A stretch of DNA of 64,000 bases from Myxococcota bacterium. Lineage in GTDB: Bacteria > Myxococcota_A > UBA796 > UBA2385. Below are positions 9,987 to 19,985 of the stretch, piece by piece; position 1 is the first letter of the stretch, and the number at the start of each line of letters is the position of its first letter. The stretch is taken from assembly GCA_044344255.1 (NCBI GenBank), contig JBIJDH010000022.1, positions 1-64,000 of the forward strand, given 5' to 3'. A program made the translations under genes and the position numbers. The notes beneath the pieces were generated by a model. That model was not told the DNA's origin. It worked only from the letters and a program-made list of their open reading frames with translations, and ran no database searches.

Positions 9987-10865
9987 ATGCGCGAACGATT
10001 CGTCGCCCTTCAGGAAGACCGCCTCGACCGCTGCGTCGCCGGCTCCACCCAGCTCTCCCGCAAGAAGGCCCGCTCCCTCATCGGGAAGGGCGGGGTGCGC
10101 ATCGACGGCACCATCACGACGCACCCCGCGGCCCACGTGCCGGTGGGGGCGGTGGTCGAGGTCCGCACCGTCGCTGACCGCGTAGAGACCCCGAAGCTCC
10201 CCATCCGCTACGAAGACCGCGGCCTGCTCGTGGTCGACAAGCCCGCCGGCCTCCCCTCCCAGGGCACGGCCGAGGGCACCCGGGTGCACGTCTACGGCAT
10301 CCTCTCCGAAGCGGAGCGGTACGTCGGCCTGCACCACCGGCTCGACACCCCCGCCTCCGGCCTGCTGCTCGTCACCCGCAGCCCCGACATGAACGTTGAG
10401 ATCGCCAAGGGCTTCCGCGAGGGTGGCATCAAGCGCAACTACCTCATCGTGGTGGTGGGCGATCCCGGGCCCGAGGGCGACTGGACCACCCCGATCGACG
10501 GCGAGGACGCCCACAGCCGCTTCCGCCGCATCTCCTCCGGCGCCGGGATGAGCCTCGTCGAGGTGGCGCTGAAGACGGGCCGCACCCACCAGATCCGCAA
10601 GCACGCCGCCGAGGCCGGCCACCCCGTGGTCGGTGACCGCCGGTATGGCGGCTACGCGGCCCGGGCCTGGTCCCGCCTCGCGCTGCACGCCTGGAAGCTC
10701 CGCTTCTGGCATCCGGTGAGCCGGCAGCGCATCCAGGTGCTCTCGCCCATCCCCCTCGACCTCCAAGACCTCGTGCTCAAGGTGGGCGGCCTCCCCGACG
10801 ACATCCCCTTGGCGCCCCCCGAGGAGCCGAGCGACGACGAGGCCGAGGAGCTCGACGAGGAGTAG
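9987..10865 (+). CDS. RluA/RluD-family pseudouridine synthase
   Basis: S4-like N-terminus, VDKPAGL, HRLD, TGRTHQIR, LHA. Confidence 0.92.
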   Translation: MRERFVALQEDRLDRCVAGSTQLSRKKARSLIGKGGVRIDGTITTHPAAHVPVGAVVEVRTVADRVETPKLPIRYEDRGLLVVDKPAGLPSQGTAEGTRVHVYGILSEAERYVGLHHRLDTPASGLLLVTRSPDMNVEIAKGFREGGIKRNYLIVVVGDPGPEGDWTTPIDGEDAHSRFRRISSGAGMSLVEVALKTGRTHQIRKHAAEAGHPVVGDRRYGGYAARAWSRLALHAWKLRFWHPVSRQRIQVLSPIPLDLQDLVLKVGGLPDDIPLAPPEEPSDDEAEELDEE

Positions 10866-10873
10866 GCCCCCGC

Positions 10874-10917
10874 TCAGATCCGGTGGGTCAGATGCCCGGT
10901 GGGTCAGATCCGGTGCG
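10874..10917. repeat. Three tandem ~14-bp copies of the MATE gene end
   Basis: TCAGATCCGGTGGG / TCAGATGCCCGGTGGG / TCAGATCCGGTGCG. Confidence 0.8.
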
Positions 10918-12217
10918 TCTGCCAGCCGCCGCGCCAGACCGACCAGCCCTTGCCGGCCGCCTTGGCGATCGTGGTGAGGTTGATCGCCCACCACACGCCG
11001 GCGGCGCCCATCCCGAGCGGAAAGGCGAAGAGGTAGGCGAGCGGGATGCGCAGCAGGTTCAAGGGGACCGACCAGATGAAGATCGCCCGCGTCGCCCCGG
11101 AGCCCTCGAGCACCCCCTCGGAGAGTGACTCCCAGGCCACGAAGAGCTGGGAGAAGGCCAGCACCTGCGCGTAGAGCACCGCCTCACGCAGCACGGCAGG
11201 GTCCCGGGTGAACTGCGCGCAGAGGGGCTCGGCGGCGAAATAGAAGGCGAGGGCGGCGAGCAGGCCGGCCGCGCTGGAGATGGGGAGGCCAAAGCGGACG
11301 GCGCGCAGGGCCTGATCGACCCGCCCCGCCCCGAGCTGCCGCCCAACGATGCTGGCGACGGCCAGCGAGATGCCGTGGAAGAGCGGCCAGGTGAAGCCCT
11401 CCAAGGCCGAGAAGCCGATGCCGAGCGCGGCGTTGACGTTCGGGCCGAGGGGCGAGATGGCGATCCCGAGCATCGCCCAGTAGACGAGCGCGTAGTTGGC
11501 GGTGTTGAGCGCGACCGGCGCCCCCACGCGGGCGATGCGGCGCAGCGTGTCCGGGTGCGGGCGGAGATCGGCCCAGGTGGGCCCGATGATCCGCAGCAGC
11601 AGCGAGAGGCCGATGAGGACGGTCACGAGCCGCGAGAGGCCCGAGGCCAGGGCCGAGCCGGAGATTCCGAAGCCGAGCGTATAGATGAACAGCGGGTTCA
11701 AGGCGGCGTTGAGCGCGGTGGCCAGGAACATCAGCGCCATCGGGATGGCGGTGCGGCCGAGGGCGAAGAACGCGGCGTCCATCACCGGGGCCACCGCGAG
11801 GGCGAGGCCGGTCATCGACAGCATGCGCATCCACTCGACGGCCATCCGGGCCGGCTCCCCCTCGAGGCCGACGAGGCCCGCCAGGGTGGGGGCGGTGAGC
11901 CCCGCCACCCCGAGCACGAGCAGGCCGACGACGATCGAGGCCAGGAGCCCATTGCCGAGCACCCGCCGCTGCATCGCGGTGTCCCCGGCCCCGGTCGCCC
12001 GGGCGAGCAGCGGCCCGAGCCCCGCCGCCACCAGCGACCAAGCTGCGTAGCAGAGGATGAGCACGAAGATGAAGGAGCCGATGGCGGCCTGGGCGCTCGT
12101 GCCGAGGCCTTGCACGCTGTACTGGTCGACCACCCGCCAGGCGTTGTTCAAGATCACCGACAGCGCCGCGGGGACCGCGAGGCGGATCATCGATCGGGCG
12201 GTGACGGGCTCCTGCAC
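10904..12217 (-). CDS. MATE-family efflux transporter
   Basis: About 12 TM; LNAALNPLFIYTLGFGISGSALAS; VGRQLGAG. Confidence 0.9.
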   Translation of the reverse strand: MQEPVTARSMIRLAVPAALSVILNNAWRVVDQYSVQGLGTSAQAAIGSFIFVLILCYAAWSLVAAGLGPLLARATGAGDTAMQRRVLGNGLLASIVVGLLVLGVAGLTAPTLAGLVGLEGEPARMAVEWMRMLSMTGLALAVAPVMDAAFFALGRTAIPMALMFLATALNAALNPLFIYTLGFGISGSALASGLSRLVTVLIGLSLLLRIIGPTWADLRPHPDTLRRIARVGAPVALNTANYALVYWAMLGIAISPLGPNVNAALGIGFSALEGFTWPLFHGISLAVASIVGRQLGAGRVDQALRAVRFGLPISSAAGLLAALAFYFAAEPLCAQFTRDPAVLREAVLYAQVLAFSQLFVAWESLSEGVLEGSGATRAIFIWSVPLNLLRIPLAYLFAFPLGMGAAGVWWAINLTTIAKAAGKGWSVWRGGWQTHRI

Positions 12218-12247
12218 GCCGCCCGCCTATCACCCGCACCCCGTTCG

Positions 12248-12282
12248 GCTATCCGCCGTCCGCTATCCGCCGTCCGCTATCC
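12248..12282. repeat. 2.5 copies of a 14-bp tandem repeat
   Basis: GCTATCCGCCGTCC x2 plus GCTATCC; includes the stop codon of the 12277-13617 gene. Confidence 0.85.
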
Positions 12283-13617
12283 CCCGACCTCGGCGCGCAG
12301 GGCCTGGGCGATGCGCCGGAAGACGCCCGACCAGTCCCCGTCTGCCTCTTGGCGAAAGAGCCGCATCGTGGGGTACCAGGCATAGACCTCCCCCGTGAGG
12401 CCGTAGCGCCAGTCGGGCACCCGCGGCAGCGCCACCCACACCCGCTGCCCGAGCGCGCCCGCGAGGTGGGCCACCGCGGAGTCTGACGTGATGAGCAGAT
12501 CGAGCTGCGAGAGCACCGCGGCGGTGTCTTGGAAGGGGGCGGTGCCCTCGTCGAGCTCGGGGCCGAGGTTGACGAGACCGAGGCTCGGGCCGAGGGCGGC
12601 CACCTGATCGAGCCCGTGCTTCTTCTGGAGGCTGAAGAGCTTGACCCCGGCGAGGGTGGCCAGCGGCGCGAAGGCCGCGAGCGGGATCGAGCGCTCCCGA
12701 TCGGCGGGGTAGGCTGGGTTGCCCTGGAAGGCCAGGCCCACCCGGAGGCGCCCGCGCAGCCGGGGGCGCCAGGCCTGCACGAGCTCGGGCCTCGGCCGGA
12801 GGTAGGCGACGTGCCGCGGGAGGTCGCCCGCGTCGAGGCCGAGGGTGAAGGGGAGGCTGAGCAGCGGCACGGTGGTGTCGGCCTCGGGCAGGGGACCGCC
12901 GATCGCCACGACCTCATCGGCCTGATCGCGGAGCAACGAGACGAGGGGGGCCTGGACCGCGAAGACGAGGTGCTCCACCTCTGGGCGATGGTCCTGGCGG
13001 AGGTCTCGGAGGAAGCGACAGAACTGCAGGGAGTCGCCGAGGCCTTGCTCGGCGGTCACGAGCAGCCGCCGGGTCGGGCCCCCCGTCCAGCGGGGCAGGT
13101 CGACGTCGCGGCGCGAGAAGCCGGGGAGGCGCAGCCGGGCCTCGTAGCGCCGCCAACCCTCCCCGTGCGCGCCCTCCATGAGATCGACCAGCGCGAGGTT
13201 CCAGGTGACCTCAGCGTCACCGGGGCAGGCCGCCTCGACCTGCTCCAAGATGAAGCGGGCGCTCGGGAGGCGCCCGACGGTGCGCAGCGCGACCCCGAGG
13301 TTGGCGGCGGCGCGGAGGTGGCTCGGCTGGACCTCGAGCGCGCGGACGAGCAGCGGCACCGCCTCGGCGGCTCGACGGGCGGTGAGCAAGGCGGTGGCGA
13401 GGTTGTAGAGCAGCTCGGGGTGATCGGGGCGCAGGGACGCGGCGGCCCGCAGGTCTGCGATGCCCCGCTCGTACTCCTGGGCGGCCATCCAGGCGGCGCC
13501 GCGCTCGCTCCAGCGCAGGGGGTCATGGGGATCGGCCACCAGCGCGCGATCGAGCTCGGCCATCGTGTCCAGGGCCTGCCCGGCAGCGCGCAGCGACTGG
13601 AAGTCGGACAGCCTCAT
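12277..13617 (-). CDS. TPR-repeat protein with a GT9-like glycosyltransferase domain
   Basis: TPR helices, then AEQGLGDSLQFCRF, PLLSLP, DLLITSDSAVAHLAGALG, WYPTMRLFRQ. Confidence 0.88.
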   Translation of the reverse strand: MRLSDFQSLRAAGQALDTMAELDRALVADPHDPLRWSERGAAWMAAQEYERGIADLRAAASLRPDHPELLYNLATALLTARRAAEAVPLLVRALEVQPSHLRAAANLGVALRTVGRLPSARFILEQVEAACPGDAEVTWNLALVDLMEGAHGEGWRRYEARLRLPGFSRRDVDLPRWTGGPTRRLLVTAEQGLGDSLQFCRFLRDLRQDHRPEVEHLVFAVQAPLVSLLRDQADEVVAIGGPLPEADTTVPLLSLPFTLGLDAGDLPRHVAYLRPRPELVQAWRPRLRGRLRVGLAFQGNPAYPADRERSIPLAAFAPLATLAGVKLFSLQKKHGLDQVAALGPSLGLVNLGPELDEGTAPFQDTAAVLSQLDLLITSDSAVAHLAGALGQRVWVALPRVPDWRYGLTGEVYAWYPTMRLFRQEADGDWSGVFRRIAQALRAEVGG

Positions 13618-13646
13618 CGTCCCCTCGCCTCGACCGGCCTCGACCC

Positions 13647-14531
13647 TCAGCGTTCGCCGAGCCCACAGGTAGAGCCCATCAGCTCACCCTGTAAGGTCCA
13701 GCTCGCACAACCGTCGCAGCGGGTGGCGCCGTCGAGGTCAACCAGCGGCCGATCCCGCCCCCGCAGCGAGATCTTGCCGCCGAGCGGCTCGGAGGGGCAC
13801 AAGCTGTCGTCGACCCGCCAGGCGCCCTCGACGTAGAGGGGAGCGAGGGCCGTGTCGACCGCACCCGTGACGGTGGCCTCGTAACGGTCGAGCGGGCCAC
13901 CCTCCGCCTCCGCGTCGGCCGCAAGGTAGAGGGTGAAGGAGAGGTCGATCGTGGTCAGCCCGGAGGCGCAGGCCGGGCCCGGGCCGCCGCACCAGGAGGC
14001 GGCGGCGTCGATCAACACGAGCTCACCCTGCTCTTCGAGCTCCACCGAGCCGTCGAGCGCAAACAGGAGCTTGTCGCCGTGGAGCGGGTCGCTGTGGAGC
14101 GGGTCGCTGCGGCGCACCGCGAAGCCCTCCCCGGACACCCAGGCGCTCTCCGGGCCATCATAGAGCTCGAGGCGCCCCTCGAACACGAGGCCGTCGGCGG
14201 TGGTGCAGCCGCCGACCCAGCTCTCTCGGAGGCCGTCGTCCACCTTGGGGACGGAGAGCACCGCCGGGCAGGCGGCCCCGACCTGCACGAAGGCCCTCGG
14301 GTTGTTGACGAGCTCGATCAGGGGCTCCGGGCGGAGGGCCCGGAGCGCGGCCGCCACCATCGGGGCCTCGGTGCGCCCCTCGAGCTCGACCGGCGCCTCA
14401 GACTCGCAGCCGAGCAGGAGGCCGAAGCACACCGCCCCGCCGAGCCCCCGCAGCGAGGACCGACCATTCGAATCCTGTAAATTCCGCGATCGCGAGCGGC
14501 AGGTCGAGCGATGGAGGGGGCGACAGGCCAT
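13647..14531 (-). CDS. Hypothetical Cys-containing lipoprotein (start uncertain)
   Basis: LLLGC lipobox; beta-rich body ending DGATRCDGC. Confidence 0.6.
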   Translation of the reverse strand: MACRPLHRSTCRSRSRNLQDSNGRSSLRGLGGAVCFGLLLGCESEAPVELEGRTEAPMVAAALRALRPEPLIELVNNPRAFVQVGAACPAVLSVPKVDDGLRESWVGGCTTADGLVFEGRLELYDGPESAWVSGEGFAVRRSDPLHSDPLHGDKLLFALDGSVELEEQGELVLIDAAASWCGGPGPACASGLTTIDLSFTLYLAADAEAEGGPLDRYEATVTGAVDTALAPLYVEGAWRVDDSLCPSEPLGGKISLRGRDRPLVDLDGATRCDGCASWTLQGELMGSTCGLGER

Positions 14532-14730
14532 ACAATCACCTATGGCGCTCCCAGCGGCCGCGCCAACCGGACCCCGAGGACGCCCCCGACACGGGGGCGT
14601 TCGCCGCGGGCGGGCCGCCGTGTTCGTGGGGTCGCGTTCGGAGTCTCTTATGCACGCCTCGTCTCGCACCCAGGCCCGCGACCTCCACGCCACCGAGCTG
14701 GAGGCCGCCTGGAAGATCGGCTCCGTGCCG

Positions 14731-17619
14731 ATGACCACCTCCGGCACCGCGCCCCCTCCCGAGCCGCCCGCCCACGACACCCCCTTCGAGGGCCTGGCGG
14801 GTCTCCTCGAGCACCCCATCCTCGCCTCCGATCCGGAGGCCTTGGGCGCCCTGTTGGGCGTGGTCCACCCCTCCCCGACGCCCTACCGCGGCCGCCGGGA
14901 CGGCCCGGGGGGAGAGGCCACGCCCCTCATCCGGGCCGGCCAGCCGCCCGACCGGATCTTCCTGATCCGGTCGGGCGTGGTCAAGGTGCTCAACGTGGGG
15001 CCGGACGCCCTCCCCATCACCTTGGCCCACGTGGGCCCGGGGCAGTGGATCGGCTGCGCCGAGCTCTACTCCCGCTTCACGCTCCAGGAGAACCACACCA
15101 ACCTCTCCAATATCGAGGCCCACCGGGCGATCTCGCTCGCCTCGCTCCGGGCCGAGGAGGCGCTCCGAGACGAGGCCTACCGCGCGGGCGCCGGCCTGGA
15201 TGAGGCCAATGACCGCGTGGACACGTGTCGTGCCACGCTCGGCAACATCGACACCTTGCTCGCCCTGCTCCAAACGGCGCTGCCGAACATGGAGGTCGTG
15301 CCCCACGCGCTCTCCGTGGTCGAGACCTTCCACATCCTCTCCGCCGACCTCCTCCCGCTGCTCGGTCGATATTCGAAGCTCCGCGAGTGGCTCGAGCAGC
15401 TCGTCGGCACCGGCTCCTGGAGACCGGCCCTGATCCAACGCGCCATCGCCGCCAACGCGAACCTCGACGGGCTCTCGGGCGTCGTCCGGGAGCGGGCGCT
15501 GCAGGCCGCGACGATCCGGGAGTACCGCGCCCCGACCGACCGCGACGCGGAGCGGCGGCCCTGGCTCCCCGCGGGGGTCCGCGGCGGGCGGGTGGGGCTC
15601 CTCCTCTGCGGGACCGGCCAGCGATACCTCCCCAACGGGGACTACGCCGGCGCCATCGTCGCCGGCGAGCTGTTCGGAGACGAGCGCCTCCAGGACGTCG
15701 GTTGTTTCAGCCAGGACGCCGCGTCCAGAGGTTGGCTGGACGAGCCCCTGCGGACCCTCGAGGTCCACCTCGACGACGGGGCGCTCTTCCTCGACTGGAG
15801 CTGGTCCACCTTTCGCGCCATCCTACAGATGCACAGCTCGCTCTGGCGCCGATACCTCTCCGCGGTGCAGCGCAGCTCTGTGCAGGTCGATCCACCCGCG
15901 GCCGGGATCACGGTCTTCGTCGGTCAGGACATCGACCTGCCCATGTCCGCGCTGGCGATCGGAGCCGCGTTCAGCATGCACAACGAGGACCCCTCCCTCC
16001 GCCGGAAGATCTGCGTCATCGACAGCGACGGCCCCATCAACGTCGACTCGCTCTACAAGGGCATGGGCCTCACCGCGGTCGACGACATGCTCGATGACGT
16101 GCCCATCCAGCGGCTCGTCCGAGCCACGGGCCAGCCCGGCGATCCGGGCGCGGAGCGCCTCTCCGAGCGGGTCGACGTGATCTGGTCGACACCGTCCTCC
16201 AACGGGGCCCCCTTCGTCCGGTCCGACACGGGTCTGCTCAACGCCGCCCGCTTACACCCCGCCTACGAGCGGGTGCTGCTGACGGACGGCCGCTCCAAGG
16301 GCGCCGTCCTCGCGGCCCTGGTCGACCACGCGACCATGCACGAGGCCACGGTGGTCTGGGCCACCGACAAGCCGCACGACACCTACGCCGTCACCTCCGA
16401 GGTCCCGCCCGACACCATCCGCATCGACCGCGTCAACTCCGGCTACGAGCGGCTGGCGCGGGAGGCGGGGGCCAAGGTCGTGGCCGACTGGGCCGCCGAG
16501 TGCGCCCCCGCCGAAGCCCCGAGGGCGCGGCCGAACCAGGTGGTGCGCCTCGTCTCCGATCCCGAGGGGGCCCGCGCCCTCCGCGAGGGCCGCTTCACAG
16601 AATTGCTCTCGCAGTACCAGACCCGCCCCCTCGGCCGCGCCCTCCGGCGGATCGCCCGCGCGGTGGTCGGCCGCACGGTGGGCCTGGCCCTGGGCGGCGG
16701 CGGGGTCTGGGGCTGCGGCCACATCGCGCTCCTCCGCCAGCTCGAGGCCGCGGGCGTGCTCATCGACCTCGTCGCGGGCTCCTCCTTTGGCTCCGTCGTG
16801 GGCGCCCTCTATGCCGCGGGCGGCATGCCCCTGCTCGAGCGGATGGTGCAGGTCGAGAGCTTGCCCCCCGGAGAGCGGGTGCAAGGTGTGCGAGCGACCG
16901 TGAAGGGCTCGATCCACAGCCCCTTCTTCCGCGCCGTCCTGCGCGGGAGCCTGCTCACCACCCGGGCCATCCAGAGGTGGCTGGACGACTACATCGCCAC
17001 CTTGCCGGGCTTCGCCAACGACCTCGCCTGCACCGAGATCCCCTTCTTCCCGGTCTCGACCAACCTGAACAAGGCCGAGCCGCACCTCACCGTGTCGGGC
17101 AGCGTCGGCTTCGGGGTGCGGGCCGCCTCGGGCCTGCCGCCCTCCCTCCCCGGGATGCGCTACCACGGCGACCGCATCCTCGACGGCGCCGTGATCGCCA
17201 ACGTCCCCGCGAAGGTGCTGCGCGTGCACGGCGCGGCCTTCGTGATCACGAGCAACGTGATCTCCCCCTCCGAGGAGAACAGCGTCACCGGCGTGACCGA
17301 CCTCCTCTACAACGCGACCGTCCAGCGGGTCCTCGACACCATGGGCGCCCTGTGGACGGTCATCTGGAAGTCGGGGGAGTCCGAGGGTGACCTCGCAGGG
17401 GACGTCTGCGTCAACATCCGCATCAAGGGGGCGCCGCTCTTCGCGAGCTGGCAGTGCCGCAGCATCGTCGATGCCTGCAACGCGGCCCTCGTCAAGGCCG
17501 ACATCGGCGCGACCACCCGAGATCACTGGAAGACCGAGCAGCGCTGGGGCGCCCAGGTGCACCGCGAGGTCGAGTGTGTCGTCGGCGACGGGCTGGGCAA
17601 GGCGCCCACCGCCCAATAA
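14731..17619 (+). CDS. cNMP-binding-domain patatin-like phospholipase
   Basis: cNMP-like IRAGQPPDRIFLIRSGVVKV; patatin motifs LGGGGVWG, GSSFG and DGA. ATG 14731 chosen as start. Confidence 0.8.
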   Translation: MTTSGTAPPPEPPAHDTPFEGLAGLLEHPILASDPEALGALLGVVHPSPTPYRGRRDGPGGEATPLIRAGQPPDRIFLIRSGVVKVLNVGPDALPITLAHVGPGQWIGCAELYSRFTLQENHTNLSNIEAHRAISLASLRAEEALRDEAYRAGAGLDEANDRVDTCRATLGNIDTLLALLQTALPNMEVVPHALSVVETFHILSADLLPLLGRYSKLREWLEQLVGTGSWRPALIQRAIAANANLDGLSGVVRERALQAATIREYRAPTDRDAERRPWLPAGVRGGRVGLLLCGTGQRYLPNGDYAGAIVAGELFGDERLQDVGCFSQDAASRGWLDEPLRTLEVHLDDGALFLDWSWSTFRAILQMHSSLWRRYLSAVQRSSVQVDPPAAGITVFVGQDIDLPMSALAIGAAFSMHNEDPSLRRKICVIDSDGPINVDSLYKGMGLTAVDDMLDDVPIQRLVRATGQPGDPGAERLSERVDVIWSTPSSNGAPFVRSDTGLLNAARLHPAYERVLLTDGRSKGAVLAALVDHATMHEATVVWATDKPHDTYAVTSEVPPDTIRIDRVNSGYERLAREAGAKVVADWAAECAPAEAPRARPNQVVRLVSDPEGARALREGRFTELLSQYQTRPLGRALRRIARAVVGRTVGLALGGGGVWGCGHIALLRQLEAAGVLIDLVAGSSFGSVVGALYAAGGMPLLERMVQVESLPPGERVQGVRATVKGSIHSPFFRAVLRGSLLTTRAIQRWLDDYIATLPGFANDLACTEIPFFPVSTNLNKAEPHLTVSGSVGFGVRAASGLPPSLPGMRYHGDRILDGAVIANVPAKVLRVHGAAFVITSNVISPSEENSVTGVTDLLYNATVQRVLDTMGALWTVIWKSGESEGDLAGDVCVNIRIKGAPLFASWQCRSIVDACNAALVKADIGATTRDHWKTEQRWGAQVHREVECVVGDGLGKAPTAQ

Positions 17620-17653
17620 GTCAAGCGACGCCCCCCCGCGCTCGGAGCCCCCC

Positions 17654-19369
17654 ATCCCGACCCTCCACGGCAACACAGACGGGCTCAAGCACAGCGAGTC
17701 CAAGGCCCTGCTCTCGCTCTACGACCGCAGGGTGCCCGCCAAGGCCTTCATCAACCCCGAGGTCGCCCGGCGGCTCACCGAGGTCTCCCGCCTCGTCGCC
17801 CGCCAGGTGGGCCTCGTCATCGACCGCCGCGGCACCGTCAGCCACGTCATCGTCGGCGACGCCCACCGGCTCTTCATCCCGGATCTCAGCCGCGCCCGAG
17901 CCGGCTCGGGGCGCTTCCGCGGCATCCGGCTCGTGCACACGCACCTCCGCGGCGAGCCCCTCACCCAGGACGACGTCACCGACCTCTCCCTCCTCCGCCT
18001 TGACGCCATGATCGTCGTCGAGGCCAAACGAGACGGGCTCCCCGGCTTCGTCGAGGTCGCCACGCTGCGCCCCGAGGTGCCCGGTGAGCTCCCCTACGAT
18101 CACGAGCGCCGCGAGTCCGTGCACGGCTGGGAGGCCGACTTCGAGGCCTTCATCACCGAGCTCGAGGGCCGCTGGAGCCAGGGGGAGGTCACCCGCAGGG
18201 TGCCGGGCAAGGAGGCCTGCATCATCATCGGGGTCGCCACCCGCGACGCCCCGGCCGCCAACGCCTCCCTCGATGAGCTCTACCGCCTCTCCGAGACCGC
18301 CGGCCTCCAGGTGATGGGCCGCGTGCTCCAGATGCGCAAGGAGCGCGACCCCCGCTACGTCATCGGCGAGGGCAAGCTGAAGGAGATCGTGGTCCGGGCG
18401 ATGCAGCAAGGGGCCGAGGTGCTGGTCTTCGATCAGGAGCTCGCGCCCAGCCAGCTCCGCAACATCGCCACCGACACCGAGCTCAAGGTGCTCGACCGCA
18501 CGCAGCTCATCCTCGACATCTTCTCGCAGCGCGCCCGCAGCCGCGAGGGGAAGCTCCAGGTCGAGCTCGCCCAGCTCCGCTACCGCAGGCCCCGCCTCGC
18601 GATCATGCCCACCGCGATGAGCCGGCTCACCGGCGGCATCGGCGGGCGCGGGCCCGGCGAGACGAAGCTCGAGATCAACAAGCGGCGCGCCGAGGAGCGG
18701 CAGACGCGCATGGAGGGGGAGCTCGAGCAGCTCGGGCGCAACCGCGACCTCCGCCGGGCCCGCCGCAAGCGGGTGGGCCTGCCGAGCGTGGCCATCGTCG
18801 GCTACACGAACGCCGGCAAGAGCACCCTGCTCAACACGATGACCCGCGCCCAGGTCGACGCCGAGGACAAGCTCTTCGCCACGCTCGACCCCACCAGCCG
18901 CCGCATGCGCTTCCCCGAGGAGCGCGAGATCATCATCACCGACACCGTCGGCTTCATCCGCAACCTCCCGGCCGACCTGCTGCACGCCTTCCGCTCCACC
19001 TTGGAGGAGACCGTCGAGGCCGACCTCATCCTCCACGTCTGCGACGCCGCCAGCCCCGAGCTCGACGTGCACCTCGCCGAGGTGCAGAAGACGCTCGACT
19101 CGCTCGGCGTCGCCGACTCCCCCATCCTGCTCGTGCTCAACAAGGTCGACGCCGTGCCGCCCGAGCTCTGGAGCAGCCTCCGCGAGCGGTACGGCGGCAT
19201 GCTCGTGAGCGCCCAGTCCGGGGAGGGCCTGGAGGCCCTGCTGCTCGAGCTCGAGCGGCGGCTGTTCCGCGCCGGGGCCCGCCAGCGCAGCGTTGGAGCC
19301 CACGAAGAACACGAAGCACACGAAGCACACGAAGGACAAGAAGAAGCCCAATCGCCCGAGCCCGCCTGA
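17654..19369 (+). CDS. hflX: GTPase HflX (long form), probable ATC start
   Basis: DRTQLILDIF, GRGPGETKLE, GYTNAGKS, LFATLD, DTVG, NKVD. GGAG at 17644-17647 and in-frame ATC at 17654. Confidence 0.93.
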   Translation: MPTLHGNTDGLKHSESKALLSLYDRRVPAKAFINPEVARRLTEVSRLVARQVGLVIDRRGTVSHVIVGDAHRLFIPDLSRARAGSGRFRGIRLVHTHLRGEPLTQDDVTDLSLLRLDAMIVVEAKRDGLPGFVEVATLRPEVPGELPYDHERRESVHGWEADFEAFITELEGRWSQGEVTRRVPGKEACIIIGVATRDAPAANASLDELYRLSETAGLQVMGRVLQMRKERDPRYVIGEGKLKEIVVRAMQQGAEVLVFDQELAPSQLRNIATDTELKVLDRTQLILDIFSQRARSREGKLQVELAQLRYRRPRLAIMPTAMSRLTGGIGGRGPGETKLEINKRRAEERQTRMEGELEQLGRNRDLRRARRKRVGLPSVAIVGYTNAGKSTLLNTMTRAQVDAEDKLFATLDPTSRRMRFPEEREIIITDTVGFIRNLPADLLHAFRSTLEETVEADLILHVCDAASPELDVHLAEVQKTLDSLGVADSPILLVLNKVDAVPPELWSSLRERYGGMLVSAQSGEGLEALLLELERRLFRAGARQRSVGAHEEHEAHEAHEGQEEAQSPEPA

Positions 19370-19975
19370 ATGGAGCCGCTCGGCCGCCGGGGAGGCACGA
19401 GCGCCCGCTGCGCCCGCTTCGTCGTCGGCTGGGTCAGCCTGATCGGGCTCGGCGCAGGCTGCGGCAGCACCTGCGACACCGCCACCGAGGACTGTGATGA
19501 CGGCGGCAGCGGCGGCGACGGCGACGAGGGCGTCCAGATCGACGACCTCCGCTGGGGCTGCTGCGAGGCCGGCACGGCCGGCTGCGACCGCTTCGGCACC
19601 TACTGGTACTCGCTCTCCATCGAAGGCCACGCCGGCGTGGTGGAGCTCACGGTGTTGGAGTCGGCGGCGGCGGCGGTGCCCTGGATCGAGGAGCAGAACC
19701 TGCCGCGGGTCCAAGGCAGCGCCAGCCAGGGCTGGGAGGACCACTACCTCGAGCTCCCCTCCGTAGACACGAGCGCCTGCGCCACCCGCTCGGACTGCGC
19801 CGACTCCTGGAAGCAGGGCAAGAACACGCTCTTTGCCTGCGCGGGCCCCGCGACGGCGGAGACCACCACCTGGGTGATCCGCCTCTTCGAGCGGGAAGGC
19901 GGCAAACAGCGCGGCTGTCGCGCCTGGGGCCTCGAGGCCGACACCATCGAGAGCTGTGTGGTCATCGCCCCATGA
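19370..19975 (+). CDS. Hypothetical Cys-rich lipoprotein
   Basis: LGAGC lipobox-like motif; starts immediately after the hflX stop. Confidence 0.6.
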   Translation: MEPLGRRGGTSARCARFVVGWVSLIGLGAGCGSTCDTATEDCDDGGSGGDGDEGVQIDDLRWGCCEAGTAGCDRFGTYWYSLSIEGHAGVVELTVLESAAAAVPWIEEQNLPRVQGSASQGWEDHYLELPSVDTSACATRSDCADSWKQGKNTLFACAGPATAETTTWVIRLFEREGGKQRGCRAWGLEADTIESCVVIAP

Positions 19976-19985
19976 GCGGCCGGCC

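Noticed and set aside
19300..19345. HEEHEAHEAHEG tail of HflX as a metal-binding motif
   Set aside because: It is encoded by a 9-bp tandem repeat and is more simply explained as slippage in a disordered tail.
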